Counted from the first letter of the stretch, positions 29,859 through 40,125 are shown. The stretch: DNA of 64,000 nt from Flavobacteriales bacterium (GCA_002714185.1 PAWM01000020.1:11666-75665); one strand, 5' to 3'. Translations and numbers: made by a program. Notes: generated by a model not told the origin, from the letters alone.

Positions 29859-31082
29859 ATGAATTATATCTTTCACTATATTTTCTGTTCTTTAATCTTT
29901 ATCTCATCTGTTTCTATTGCTCAATCTGATAAAGTTCTTGCTGGGCCTATGTTATCACATATAGACTCTTATGGTTCTCAGATTTGGTTTTTACTAGATA
30001 AGAGTGCTGATAAAATTAAGATTGATGTTAGAGATTATGAGAATAATAATTTAATAGAGTATCATTTTGATGTTATTAATAAAGACAATAGAAATGAAAT
30101 ACCTTTTACTGTTACTATAGAAACTCTTGAGCCTAACACTGAGTATATAGCTTCAGTATATGTAGATGATACATTTGTTACAGAATTAGATATATTTACA
30201 AAACGCCCTCATTTAGATGATATTCAATTTTTAATTAGTTCAGATTTAGGTGAGCCTTCAGCAAAGATTTTTTCTCAAATGAAAAAATCTAATTCTGATT
30301 TTATGGTCTGGCTTGGTGGTCATGTTTCTTTTGATTTCCCTATTGAATATGAAGATATTGTATCGATATATATTAATGTAAGATGCAACGATAATTTAAA
30401 TGATTTTATGACTTCAACACCTCAAATTTCGACCTGGGGAGATGAAGATTATGGTTTAAATACAGGAGTTTCATTTTCTTTAAAAAATATTTCACATGAT
30501 GCATTTAAATTATTTTGGCCTAATTCATCAAAAAAAACATATAATTATACATATTTTGATTATGGTACTTATCAACGATATACTTATAACGATTTAGATC
30601 TATTTTTATTAGATGCTATGTCTTTTAGAAGAGAGGATAAGTCCATTTTATATAGTACTAATCAGCTTGATAGAATGTTTCAAGAAATAAAAAATACAGG
30701 TGCTACTTTTACTATTATAGCAAGTCCAGTACCATTTACATTTGAAAATCAAGAGTCATATTTATATTATAAAAGAGAATTTGATTATTTTTTACAAAGA
30801 TTAGAAAATTCAGGTGTAAATGGAGTGATTTTATTAAGTGCTGGAAGTGAAACAGGGACTACTATGAATGAGTATGATTTACCTAAAGAGATTGGTGAGA
30901 GTAATTATATTAAAAAATCTTTATTCGAGTTTAATTTTTCTCCTTTATATATGAACAACTACTCTATGGTTAGTATATCAGGAAAAAAAGGATATCGTGT
31001 ATTTTCTTTTGAAACTTATAATGAGAACGGTAATTTACTCTATAGAAAAAATCTATATGAGAGAGAATTGAAAATTAATTAA
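29859..31082 (+). CDS. Secreted PhoD-like metallophosphatase-fold protein with apparently degenerate metal-ligand motifs
   Basis: 407-aa ORF with a signal peptide. Architecture resembles PhoD (N-terminal beta domain, then LISSD...LGGHVSFD...TWGDEDYG...LLSAGSETG where PhoD has GD-x-Y, WDDHE and SGDVH). Alignment is from memory. Confidence 0.4.
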   Translation: MNYIFHYIFCSLIFISSVSIAQSDKVLAGPMLSHIDSYGSQIWFLLDKSADKIKIDVRDYENNNLIEYHFDVINKDNRNEIPFTVTIETLEPNTEYIASVYVDDTFVTELDIFTKRPHLDDIQFLISSDLGEPSAKIFSQMKKSNSDFMVWLGGHVSFDFPIEYEDIVSIYINVRCNDNLNDFMTSTPQISTWGDEDYGLNTGVSFSLKNISHDAFKLFWPNSSKKTYNYTYFDYGTYQRYTYNDLDLFLLDAMSFRREDKSILYSTNQLDRMFQEIKNTGATFTIIASPVPFTFENQESYLYYKREFDYFLQRLENSGVNGVILLSAGSETGTTMNEYDLPKEIGESNYIKKSLFEFNFSPLYMNNYSMVSISGKKGYRVFSFETYNENGNLLYRKNLYERELKIN

Positions 31083-31836
31083 TTGATATTAATTGAGTAA
31101 ATTTTTGCTTTAAATTTGTATAGGAAACTATGTATACACCTTTTTTGTAATCTTCAGTGTTAATTTTCGTAGTTTGATTAATTTCTTTTGATAATATAAA
31201 TTTTCCGTTTATATCTCTTATCTCTAAAACACCATTTTGACTTATTTTAGATATGTTTAATACATTATTTGCTGGATTTGGGTATAGTACAGGATTTTGA
31301 CTATTTTCATCTATATGAATACTTGGAGGCCACAATAAATCATCAATAATATAAATTACACCATTACATGCACATAATGGCTCTCCTGGATTTAAAACAT
31401 TGATAGTATTATTAATAATACCAGTTCCATTAGGTATTTCACCGCCTCCCTCTAAAAAAATTGAATTTCCATCCAACATAAAGAATTCTCCCTCAACTGT
31501 ACAAGGAACAAAGGGGCATACCCATTGTAATGTTATTTCAGGAGCTAATGGATTATGATATATGTAGTGATATAATAAATCAAGCATTGGTGTTGTTCCT
31601 CCAATCAAAGGAGTGACAGCAGATGTTGGTACATCTACTCCAGGTGCAAATAATGTATAGTTTTCATCGGGATTGCAGTCATCAAGAAAATTTAACTCTT
31701 CAACATTTAATGATAATGCAATTTGAAAATATTGATTTATATTTTCGTTGGTAGAAGCTAAATCTAATATAGAGTCCTCACAATCTTGTGAGAACCCTAT
31801 AGTAGATAATAGTAGAAAAATAATTAATTTTTTCAT
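31075..31836 (-). CDS. Fasciclin (FAS1)-like domain protein with T9SS type A C-terminal sorting domain
   Basis: 253-aa ORF with a signal peptide. FAS1-like YTLFAPG...NGVIYIIDDLLWP. CTD: LYPNPANNVLNIS...GVYIVSYTNLKQKFTQLISIN. Confidence 0.55.
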   Translation of the reverse strand: MKKLIIFLLLSTIGFSQDCEDSILDLASTNENINQYFQIALSLNVEELNFLDDCNPDENYTLFAPGVDVPTSAVTPLIGGTTPMLDLLYHYIYHNPLAPEITLQWVCPFVPCTVEGEFFMLDGNSIFLEGGGEIPNGTGIINNTINVLNPGEPLCACNGVIYIIDDLLWPPSIHIDENSQNPVLYPNPANNVLNISKISQNGVLEIRDINGKFILSKEINQTTKINTEDYKKGVYIVSYTNLKQKFTQLISIN

Positions 31837-33512
31837 TTAATTAAATATCGTTTTTCAACACTTCCATCATCATAAATATAAAATGAAATTAATTGATTTG
31901 TATTTGCATTTATACTTCTTCCAGTAATATCAACAATATTTAGTAAACTTTTTTCTATTTTATTGTCGCTAATACTACAAGTATTCATATTCGATCCAAG
32001 ATCTAATGCTGCATAAATTCTAGGACAAATAAATTCTTGAATCATTGATGCAAATGCTAAACCTTTTTCCTCAGACATGTCCGGGTTATCAGTTGTTGAT
32101 TGACAAGCATATGTGTCAGCTGTAATGCCTTCTGGAGCTAATGGGTTATTTACTGCAAGTTGTGGGTATCCAAATGGATCTTCAGTATCATTATTCCACC
32201 AATCCCAAGGTGACCCTTGTTGTCCCCATGGAAAAAAGCATGAACTCCATGCTCCTCCACAACCATTACAATCGTCTGGGCTTAATTGATCTCCAGTTGG
32301 TGCAACAATAGGAAATAGACCTGGGTAAACATCGTGACCTTCAAATGTTAATACTGGATTTCCTTCATCGTCCACTACAGGATTACCAAATTCGTTAATA
32401 GCTTGTACTTGTAGAGCTGAATTTGCTGCTCCATCACCATTTCCATACCATGCATCATTCACTTGCATACTTAAGCCTTCAAATGCTGCATTATTACCAT
32501 ATTCAGATGATAATCTTTGAATTACCAATGATCCATGGGCTTCAACTACAAATTCATTTGTTGTTGGAACAATAATATCACCTACTTCATAAGGACCGAA
32601 TTCATCTAAATAGCAATGCATACTTGCAATAGCAGGTTCCCCTGCATCTATCCATGAACTATCTGGTAATGCACCACCAATATTGAATGCCATATCAATA
32701 TGAGAGCTATATCCAACATGATTAGGCGTGCATAGTGTTACATCTGTTGCATCAGCAACTCCATCTCCATCAATATCTAATTCAGGTAGTACTCCAATTG
32801 TTGTACCATTCACATCACCCATAAATTCTGGAATAATATATGGTACTGCATCTAATTCACCATCGCCATCTACATCCATAGAAGTATCCATAAATTTTGG
32901 TAAAAGTAATTCAGACTCATAATCATTTAAAGTTGCTGCTGCTAGTGACACATATCCACCTGTACCAAGACCACCAACAACCATTTGACATGAGACACCA
33001 TAAGGGTTGCCTTCTTCAACAGATTTCCTCAAAAATCTAACAGCAGTTCTAGTATCTTGCAATCCTCTATATGCAGCTTGAATTAAACTTCTTCTTCTTA
33101 CATCTTCATTATCAGATGTAGGATTCCACCCTAATCTATAACCTAGTGCAATAGCAACATATCCTTTTTTTGCAAATTCCATACATTGTTCTATAATAGC
33201 ATTATCGTTTTTTCCACCTGTTGCCTGGCCATTTAATACTGCAGGTAAAAAACTACCGGTATGTAACAATATAACTGTTGGTCGATTTGTTTCTGTATCA
33301 CCGACTGGTGAATAAATATCCATTGTTAAATCTTGAGTTGTTGGTCCTTGACCCAATAGAGTAGGGAATACAGTTACATTATTTCCGTAAACAACATCAT
33401 AGTTAACATCTACCTCTGAAAAAATATTATCGATGTATCTTTCTTGAGCATTAATTTGTTGAAAAGATAGGACGATTAATAATGAGGTTATTAATTGTAA
33501 AGCTTTTTTCAT
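31833..33512 (-). CDS. Secreted alpha/beta-hydrolase (esterase)-fold protein with Ca-binding-like DxDGDG inserts; catalytic motifs look degenerate
   Basis: Signal peptide from ATG at 33512 (MKKALQLITSLLIVLSFQQINAQ). RPTVILLHTGSF and VVGGLGTGGYV sit where esterases have HGGGF and G-D-S-A-G-G. DVDGDGELD and DIDGDGVAD are present. Short beta-strand tail at the C-terminus. Confidence 0.5.
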   Translation of the reverse strand: MKKALQLITSLLIVLSFQQINAQERYIDNIFSEVDVNYDVVYGNNVTVFPTLLGQGPTTQDLTMDIYSPVGDTETNRPTVILLHTGSFLPAVLNGQATGGKNDNAIIEQCMEFAKKGYVAIALGYRLGWNPTSDNEDVRRRSLIQAAYRGLQDTRTAVRFLRKSVEEGNPYGVSCQMVVGGLGTGGYVSLAAATLNDYESELLLPKFMDTSMDVDGDGELDAVPYIIPEFMGDVNGTTIGVLPELDIDGDGVADATDVTLCTPNHVGYSSHIDMAFNIGGALPDSSWIDAGEPAIASMHCYLDEFGPYEVGDIIVPTTNEFVVEAHGSLVIQRLSSEYGNNAAFEGLSMQVNDAWYGNGDGAANSALQVQAINEFGNPVVDDEGNPVLTFEGHDVYPGLFPIVAPTGDQLSPDDCNGCGGAWSSCFFPWGQQGSPWDWWNNDTEDPFGYPQLAVNNPLAPEGITADTYACQSTTDNPDMSEEKGLAFASMIQEFICPRIYAALDLGSNMNTCSISDNKIEKSLLNIVDITGRSINANTNQLISFYIYDDGSVEKRYLIK

Positions 33513-33603
33513 AATTTTTAGTTTAATTAATAAAATTTTATGCAAGATAAAATAATTATTACTATCAATAACTAATTATAATGTGAAATTTTCAGGGTTG
33601 ATT

Positions 33604-36600
33604 TTAGTAGTCAAATGTTAGAGAAATATATCCTAATCTTCCAACTGTTGGGCCACCATAAGCTTGATAAACTTGATTATCCAATAAATTAGATGCTCCA
33701 ATTTTAGCTGTTAGTTTGCTGTTGTTAACACTAAATTCTCTATTGATTTGTGTGTCAATTAACCCATAAGCTGGTATTTCACCTGTAAATTGAGGTGATC
33801 CTTCAAATATAAATTTTTGTTGCCATTTATAATTTAATGAGATATTATATTCTTGATTTTTAATTAAAAATTTATTAGATATTCCTAAATTAAATTTGTG
33901 TTCAGGTGTATTATATGCAGGTACTATAGGGTCTTTACTATCTTCATTAATTAATTTATTCCATGAATAATTTCCATTTAATGCTATTTTTTCATTTACA
34001 TAATAATTTAAACCGATACTAAAACCCTGTGCTGTGACTCTTCCTACAGCATTTGCTGCTACTCTATAAACTTGAATTGAGGGTATAGATACTGTTAAAT
34101 AATCTTCAATTTCTTGTCCAATATATTCTGCCCATCCTTCGTCAATATCTTCTTGTGTAGCTTCTTGTAAACCAGATAGGGAGCCACTTTTATAACTTGC
34201 ACCTATTTGATAGCCAATAAAATTCTTATAAATAGAATAATAATAACCTGCATCTATATATACTTTATTTAATAAAGTAGTCCTGAATCCCAATTCAAAA
34301 GTCTTTACTCTTTCAGGTTGAATAGGATTTACCCTTATAAAACTTCCTCTTAGTGCATTTTTATTATATGTACCAAGTTCATTCTCTCCTCTTAAGTAAG
34401 ATAATAAAGAATCTGTATTAACAAAGTACTGATTAAATCCAAATCCATTAAGATTACCAAGTAAAATAGCTTGTCCTTGATTATAATCAAAATATTGATC
34501 AGTAAGTGTTGGATTCCGTACTGCTGAAGAAAGAGAGAATCTTATTATATCTCTTTCATTAGGCTTGTAAACTAGCGATGTTGCTGGTGAAAACACATAG
34601 TTAAAATTCTGATTTTTATCTAGTCTAGCTGTTCCGTTTATCATTAATGTTTCAGAAAATAATTTTTTATCATAACCTAGATATATACCAAATTCAGAAT
34701 TTTTAATATTTAATTTTACTGTATCAACATATGCAATGTTTGGTATTAATATTGTGTCATATATTTGGTTTCCAAACGCATCCCAACCAGGTTGTAGGGA
34801 TTCAGTATAAACAATTTCTCCATTTTCATCTCTTTCATATATATCAATATAATCATAACCATCATTAAAAATCGATCCATTTGAGTCGGGACTATACAGC
34901 CTTCCATTTGCACCAATAGTAAACTCACCGTATATAGTCTTTATTTTTTTTTCTGAATGAATATGATATAAACTTGATTTATCATAAAATCTAGTCCCAC
35001 CAGTTAAATTGCCATATTCATCATATCTAGTTTGGGTTGTAATTTCATTAAATAAATTATTAAATTGCTCTGAATTGGGTTCTACAAATGAATAACCTAA
35101 ATTACCTACATAATTATTTGCATTTTCTCTTGCTAATTGATGATAGTAGTCTAGTAATTCCGGATTCATATCTAAAAGTAATTGGGTTTGATTAATCCAA
35201 GTAATTAAATCACCGTTCCAATTAGCTAGAGGTACAAATCCTTGATTTGCTAAATCCTCTTCCATTAAGGGTATGATGTCAGTATTCCAAAATGTACCAT
35301 ACTGTGTGTACCAATCCTGATTATTGACACCTCTATCTAATAAAGATATAGCAGTTGCTACAGCATCATATGAATCACCAGCATCTTCATGTGTACTATA
35401 TAATCTAATGAAAAAATTATCTTTTCTTTTATATTCAATTTTGTTTTGCCAGAATTGTATATTTTTTAAACTAATTCTATTATCTCCTTGATAAATTGTT
35501 GTACCATTTCCGTAATTAAATGAGTAGATAAATTCATTTGAATTTTTCCTTAGATGTAAAGCTGAATTAAATTTTAAATTTTCCGTATTGTAGTCAACTA
35601 ATTCAGAATCTAAATATCCATTTCTATGGACTGTTCCCATTCCAGGTTTACTTGTAAATACAAAGCTTCTATTATATTCGTCTCCATAAATATTTACTGC
35701 ATCGTAGCCTCCGTGGTTATTTGAGCTTGATTGTGTATCGAAAGCAGTATTATAATTATCGGCTTCCCAGTCATTAGCTTTCATTTTTTGAATATTAATT
35801 TTAAAGCCAATTTCAATATTATTAATCTTCTTATTTTGAGCATATCTGAAACAATGTTCTGTTAAAGATCTTTCACCCATTTTAATTTGATAGCTAGCAC
35901 CAGGAAACATAAAAGGATCTTTTGTTGACATATTAATTACTCCATTAAATGCATTTGGACCATATAGTGCGGAATTCGCTCCTACAATAATTTCAACACC
36001 TTTTGTATCTAATTCTGTTGTGCCTAAAAAATTTCCTAATGAAAAATTTAAACCTGGAGACTGATTATCTACACCATCTATAATTTGTAATGAGCGAACA
36101 GGTGATGTACTATTAAATCCTCTTGTATTAATAATTTTAAATCCTAAACTTGCTGATGTTAAATCTACCCCCTTTAAATTACCAATACTTTCATAAAAAG
36201 TTGATGAAGGTGCTTCCTTTATAGCTTTTACATCCATAGCTTCAATAGTAACGGGTGATTGTTTAAGCTTCTCGGTCAATCTAGTGTCTACAACATTTAT
36301 TTGATCTAATAATAATTTATCAGGTGATAATTTAATTAAAATTTCATTTTCATTTTTTATAATTTTCATCAAAACATTTTCATAGCCCATAAATGAACAT
36401 TCAATTGTAATTGGTAAAGATGAATAATCAAGTTTAAAATTACCATCAAAATCTGTAGATGTGCCTCTGTTTTCATCAACTACAATAATACTTGCTCCAA
36501 TTAATGTTTCGTTAGTTTCTTTATCAATAATTTTTCCTGAAAGATAATTTTGACTAGCACTACTGAAATTTATTAATATGGTAAGTAGTAATAGGTATAT

Positions 36601-36621
36601 GATATGTTTTTGATTTTTCAC
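33604..36621 (-). CDS. TonB-dependent outer-membrane receptor with N-terminal CarboxypepD_reg domain (no adjacent SusD)
   Basis: CarboxypepD_reg: LSGKIIDKETNETLIGASIIVVDENRGTSTDFDGNFKL. Plug and barrel follow, with terminal ...GYISLTFDY. The in-frame GTG at 36621 gives a clean signal peptide (KNQKHIIYLLLLTILINFSSASQ) and removes the 44-nt overlap implied by the track ATG at 36675. Confidence 0.85.
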   Translation of the reverse strand: MKNQKHIIYLLLLTILINFSSASQNYLSGKIIDKETNETLIGASIIVVDENRGTSTDFDGNFKLDYSSLPITIECSFMGYENVLMKIIKNENEILIKLSPDKLLLDQINVVDTRLTEKLKQSPVTIEAMDVKAIKEAPSSTFYESIGNLKGVDLTSASLGFKIINTRGFNSTSPVRSLQIIDGVDNQSPGLNFSLGNFLGTTELDTKGVEIIVGANSALYGPNAFNGVINMSTKDPFMFPGASYQIKMGERSLTEHCFRYAQNKKINNIEIGFKINIQKMKANDWEADNYNTAFDTQSSSNNHGGYDAVNIYGDEYNRSFVFTSKPGMGTVHRNGYLDSELVDYNTENLKFNSALHLRKNSNEFIYSFNYGNGTTIYQGDNRISLKNIQFWQNKIEYKRKDNFFIRLYSTHEDAGDSYDAVATAISLLDRGVNNQDWYTQYGTFWNTDIIPLMEEDLANQGFVPLANWNGDLITWINQTQLLLDMNPELLDYYHQLARENANNYVGNLGYSFVEPNSEQFNNLFNEITTQTRYDEYGNLTGGTRFYDKSSLYHIHSEKKIKTIYGEFTIGANGRLYSPDSNGSIFNDGYDYIDIYERDENGEIVYTESLQPGWDAFGNQIYDTILIPNIAYVDTVKLNIKNSEFGIYLGYDKKLFSETLMINGTARLDKNQNFNYVFSPATSLVYKPNERDIIRFSLSSAVRNPTLTDQYFDYNQGQAILLGNLNGFGFNQYFVNTDSLLSYLRGENELGTYNKNALRGSFIRVNPIQPERVKTFELGFRTTLLNKVYIDAGYYYSIYKNFIGYQIGASYKSGSLSGLQEATQEDIDEGWAEYIGQEIEDYLTVSIPSIQVYRVAANAVGRVTAQGFSIGLNYYVNEKIALNGNYSWNKLINEDSKDPIVPAYNTPEHKFNLGISNKFLIKNQEYNISLNYKWQQKFIFEGSPQFTGEIPAYGLIDTQINREFSVNNSKLTAKIGASNLLDNQVYQAYGGPTVGRLGYISLTFDY

Positions 36622-36631
36622 GATAATATAT

Positions 36632-37315
36632 TTAGAAATTTGGAGAGAATTTAGATTCTTTGTAAAAATCATCAATTGTATTCACAACATCATCTATGTC
36701 ATCAAGGATTATAAAATTATCAAAATCAGATTGGTTAATACATTTTTCTTTTTTCATAACAATTTCTTTTAACCAAACCAAGAGTCCATTCCAGTATTCA
36801 CTGCCATATAAAATAATTGGAATTTTTTGAATTTTTTCAGTTTGAATTAATGTTATTGTCTCAAATAATTCATCTAATGTGCCAACTCCACCAGGTAGTA
36901 TTACAAATGCTTGTGCATATTTAACAAACATAACTTTTCTTACAAAAAAATAATTAAAATCTATACTTTTTTCATAATCTATGTATTTATTTGGAGTTTG
37001 CTCAAAGGGTAGTTCAATATTTAATCCTACAGATTCACCACCACCTTCTTTAGCTCCTTTATTTGCTGCTTCCATAATACCTGGACCACCCCCTGTAATA
37101 ATCCCATAACCCATTTCAGTTAATTTTTTTGATAATATTATAGCATCTTTATAATAAGGGTTGTTTGTTTTAGTCCTTGCTGAGCCAAAGATTGAAATAC
37201 AAGGTCCAATATTGGAAAGTTTTTCAAAGCCCTCAACAAATTCAGACATAATTTTAAAAACACTCCATGTGTTTTGATTTTGTTTTGTCTTCCATGTCTT
37301 TTTAAACTTATTCAT
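36632..37315 (-). CDS. LOG-family (TIGR00730) nucleotide 5'-monophosphate nucleosidase
   Basis: 227-aa ORF. GGGPGIMEA and PGGVGTLDELFE motifs. Confidence 0.85.
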   Translation of the reverse strand: MNKFKKTWKTKQNQNTWSVFKIMSEFVEGFEKLSNIGPCISIFGSARTKTNNPYYKDAIILSKKLTEMGYGIITGGGPGIMEAANKGAKEGGGESVGLNIELPFEQTPNKYIDYEKSIDFNYFFVRKVMFVKYAQAFVILPGGVGTLDELFETITLIQTEKIQKIPIILYGSEYWNGLLVWLKEIVMKKEKCINQSDFDNFIILDDIDDVVNTIDDFYKESKFSPNF

Positions 37316-40124
37316 CGTGTGAAGATATTTCTTTTTTTAGAAATAATCCTGTTTGACTGTTTTTAATATTCACAATATCTTTCATATTGCCTTGAAAAAT
37401 AATTTTTCCTCCATCTTTTCCACCTTTTGGACCTAAATCTATAATATAGTCTGCTTGTTGTACAATGTCTAAATTATGTTCTATGATAATAACTGTATTT
37501 CCTTTATCAACAAGGAGATTTATGGATTTCATTAAGATTTGTATATCATAAAAATGTAATCCAGTTGTTGGCTCATCTAAAATATATAGTGTTTGTCCAG
37601 TTGATTTTCTTGATAGTTCAGAGGCTAGTTTTACTCGTTGAGCTTCACCGCCAGATAATTTAGTAGAGGATTGTCCTAATTTTATATAACCCATTCCAAC
37701 AGCCACCAAAGCATTAAGTTTATTTTTTATTTTTGGAATTTTATTAAAAAAGGTTACATCTTCATCTACATCCATATTGAGCACATCATAAATGTTTTTA
37801 TTGTTGTATTTAATTTCTAAAGTTTCATTATTAAATCTTTTTCCATTACAATTTTTACATAGAGTTTCAATATCAGGTAATAATTTCATTTGAATTGTTA
37901 AATATCCATTACCCTCACATTCCTTACATGTTCCTTTTTTTAAATTAAATGAGAATTGACCTGGTGAATATCCTCTAATTTTGGATTCTTTTAGATTTGC
38001 ATATAATTTTCTAATCTCATCAAATAGACCAATGTATGTAGAGGGATTTGACCTAGGTGTTCTTCCTATTGGACTCTGATCTATATTAATAATTTTATCT
38101 ATATTTTGAATACCTTCTATGGATTTATAAGAATAAGGATTTTGTAATGATCTATATAGTTTTTGACTTATTATTGGATATAGTGTTCCATTAATTAATG
38201 TTGACTTTCCTGATCCAGAAACACCTGTAATAACAGTAAGTTGACTTAATGGAATAGATATATTTATGTTTTTTAGATTATTACCTTTAGCTCCTTTTAA
38301 AATTATTGAGTTTCCATTTCCTTTACGACTATTTTTTTTAAGTTGACTAACACTTGATATGTGCTTACCAGTTAATGATTTAGATTTTAATAAATTCTTA
38401 TAAGAGCCTTGAAAAGTAATATTGCCGCCTCGATTACCAGCTCCTGGTCCCATATCAATTATATAGTCAGCTGCTTCCATCATTGCTTTATCATGTTCTA
38501 CAACAATAATACTATTTCCTAATTTTTTTAATTTATTTAACGAGTTTATTAATAGTTGATTATCCACAGGGTGAAGACCAATACTGGGTTCATCAAGTAT
38601 ATATAATACATTTGTTAATTCTGAACAAATTTGAGAAGCAATTTTTATTCTTTGACTTTCACCACCAGACAATGAAGATGTTTGTCTTGCAACAGTTATA
38701 TAGCCTAGCCCTATGTTAATTAAAAAGTCTAATCTTTTTGATAATTCTTTTATGATTTCAATTGCAATTTTTTTTTTCTCATTTGAAGTCTTTTCTATAC
38801 TTTGCAAGCACCATTTTCGCAATTCATAAATGTCAAAATTAGATATGTCAGCAATATTTCTGTTATCTATGAGGAAATGTAGAGATTCTTTTTTTAATCT
38901 TTGTCCATTACATTCCTTACACTTAGTTGTTTTGAAAAAATCTTTTGCCCATCTAGATATTTTTTTAGATTTATTATTATTGTATTCATATTCAATAAAG
39001 TTAACAATTCCCTCAAAGTTAACTTCGAATTTTTGTGTAACACCAATTTTTTTATTATTAATATGAAATCTATCATTTAAACCATAAAGTATCGCATCTA
39101 CTCCCTCTTTTTTTATATCTTTAAATTTAGTTGAAAGGGTAAAATTATATTTTTTTCCAATTATCTTTAGTTGTTGAAAAATCCAATTATTTTGATATTT
39201 TCCAATCGGCTTAATTGCTCCATTTTCAATACTTAAATTTGGATTTGTTATGATTTTTTCTAAATCAATTAATTCAATTTTTCCAATACCTTTACACTGT
39301 TGACAATATCCTTTTGGAGAGTTAAAAGAAAATGAATTAGGTTCGGGATTTTCATATGATATTCCGAAATCTGAACAGTTATAATATTCACTAAAATATT
39401 TATAAGTATTTTTTTTAATATTATGAATTACTAGTACACCTTTCCCCTCCTGTAGAGCCAGATTTAAAGAATCTTTTAATCTATTATAAGAATCTTTTTT
39501 TATTGTCAATTTATCAATTATAAGTTCAATATTATGATTTTTATATCTATCTAGTCGCAAATCAGGTGATAGTTTAGTGATAGTATTATTTATTCTAACT
39601 TTTATATATCCTTTTTTTATTAGTGATTGAAATAATTCGTTATAATGGCCTTTTCTAGCTTTGACAATTGGAGTGAGAATTAAAATTTCGTTGTTTTTAT
39701 TTTCATTTAGTATTGTTGTTAAAATGACTTTTGGATCTTGTTTTGTCATTTTTTTATTAGTCATAAATGAAACAGGTTCTGCAACTTTTGCATATAACAG
39801 TCTTAAATAGTCATATATTTCGGTAGTTGTGCCAACTGTTGATCTTGGATTATTTGATTTAGCTTTTTGGTCAATAGAAATTACTGGGCTAAGACCGCTG
39901 ATATGATCTACATTGGGTCTTTCAAAATTACCTATAAAACTTCTTGCATAGGTCGAAAAGGTTTCCAGATACCTTCTTTGACCTTCTTTATGAATTGTAT
40001 CAAATGCTAATGAAGATTTTCCACTACCACTTAAACCTGTAATGACAGTAATTTTATTTAATGGAATTTCAACACTAATATTTTTTAAATTATTTTCTTT
40101 TGCACCAATAATTTTGATTTCCAT
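37308..40124 (-). CDS. uvrA: Excinuclease ABC subunit A
   Basis: 938-aa ORF. Two ABC modules (GLSGSGKSSLAFDT; GVSGSGKSTL; LSGGESQR / LSGGEAQR). Zinc-finger cysteines: CQQCKG, CKECNG, CKECEGNG, CKNCNG. Confidence 0.93.
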   Translation of the reverse strand: MEIKIIGAKENNLKNISVEIPLNKITVITGLSGSGKSSLAFDTIHKEGQRRYLETFSTYARSFIGNFERPNVDHISGLSPVISIDQKAKSNNPRSTVGTTTEIYDYLRLLYAKVAEPVSFMTNKKMTKQDPKVILTTILNENKNNEILILTPIVKARKGHYNELFQSLIKKGYIKVRINNTITKLSPDLRLDRYKNHNIELIIDKLTIKKDSYNRLKDSLNLALQEGKGVLVIHNIKKNTYKYFSEYYNCSDFGISYENPEPNSFSFNSPKGYCQQCKGIGKIELIDLEKIITNPNLSIENGAIKPIGKYQNNWIFQQLKIIGKKYNFTLSTKFKDIKKEGVDAILYGLNDRFHINNKKIGVTQKFEVNFEGIVNFIEYEYNNNKSKKISRWAKDFFKTTKCKECNGQRLKKESLHFLIDNRNIADISNFDIYELRKWCLQSIEKTSNEKKKIAIEIIKELSKRLDFLINIGLGYITVARQTSSLSGGESQRIKIASQICSELTNVLYILDEPSIGLHPVDNQLLINSLNKLKKLGNSIIVVEHDKAMMEAADYIIDMGPGAGNRGGNITFQGSYKNLLKSKSLTGKHISSVSQLKKNSRKGNGNSIILKGAKGNNLKNINISIPLSQLTVITGVSGSGKSTLINGTLYPIISQKLYRSLQNPYSYKSIEGIQNIDKIINIDQSPIGRTPRSNPSTYIGLFDEIRKLYANLKESKIRGYSPGQFSFNLKKGTCKECEGNGYLTIQMKLLPDIETLCKNCNGKRFNNETLEIKYNNKNIYDVLNMDVDEDVTFFNKIPKIKNKLNALVAVGMGYIKLGQSSTKLSGGEAQRVKLASELSRKSTGQTLYILDEPTTGLHFYDIQILMKSINLLVDKGNTVIIIEHNLDIVQQADYIIDLGPKGGKDGGKIIFQGNMKDIVNIKNSQTGLFLKKEISSHDE

Positions 40125-40125
40125 A

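Noticed and set aside
38560-38568. Perfect DnaA box TTATCCACA
   Set aside because: Isolated, inside uvrA coding sequence, with no neighbouring boxes or AT-rich unwinding element. Chance occurrence.
37308-40124. UvrA as a truncated class II paralog (UvrA2, drug-resistance type)
   Set aside because: It is full-length at 938 aa, with both ABC modules and the zinc-finger cysteine pairs in the insertion regions. That is consistent with canonical UvrA.
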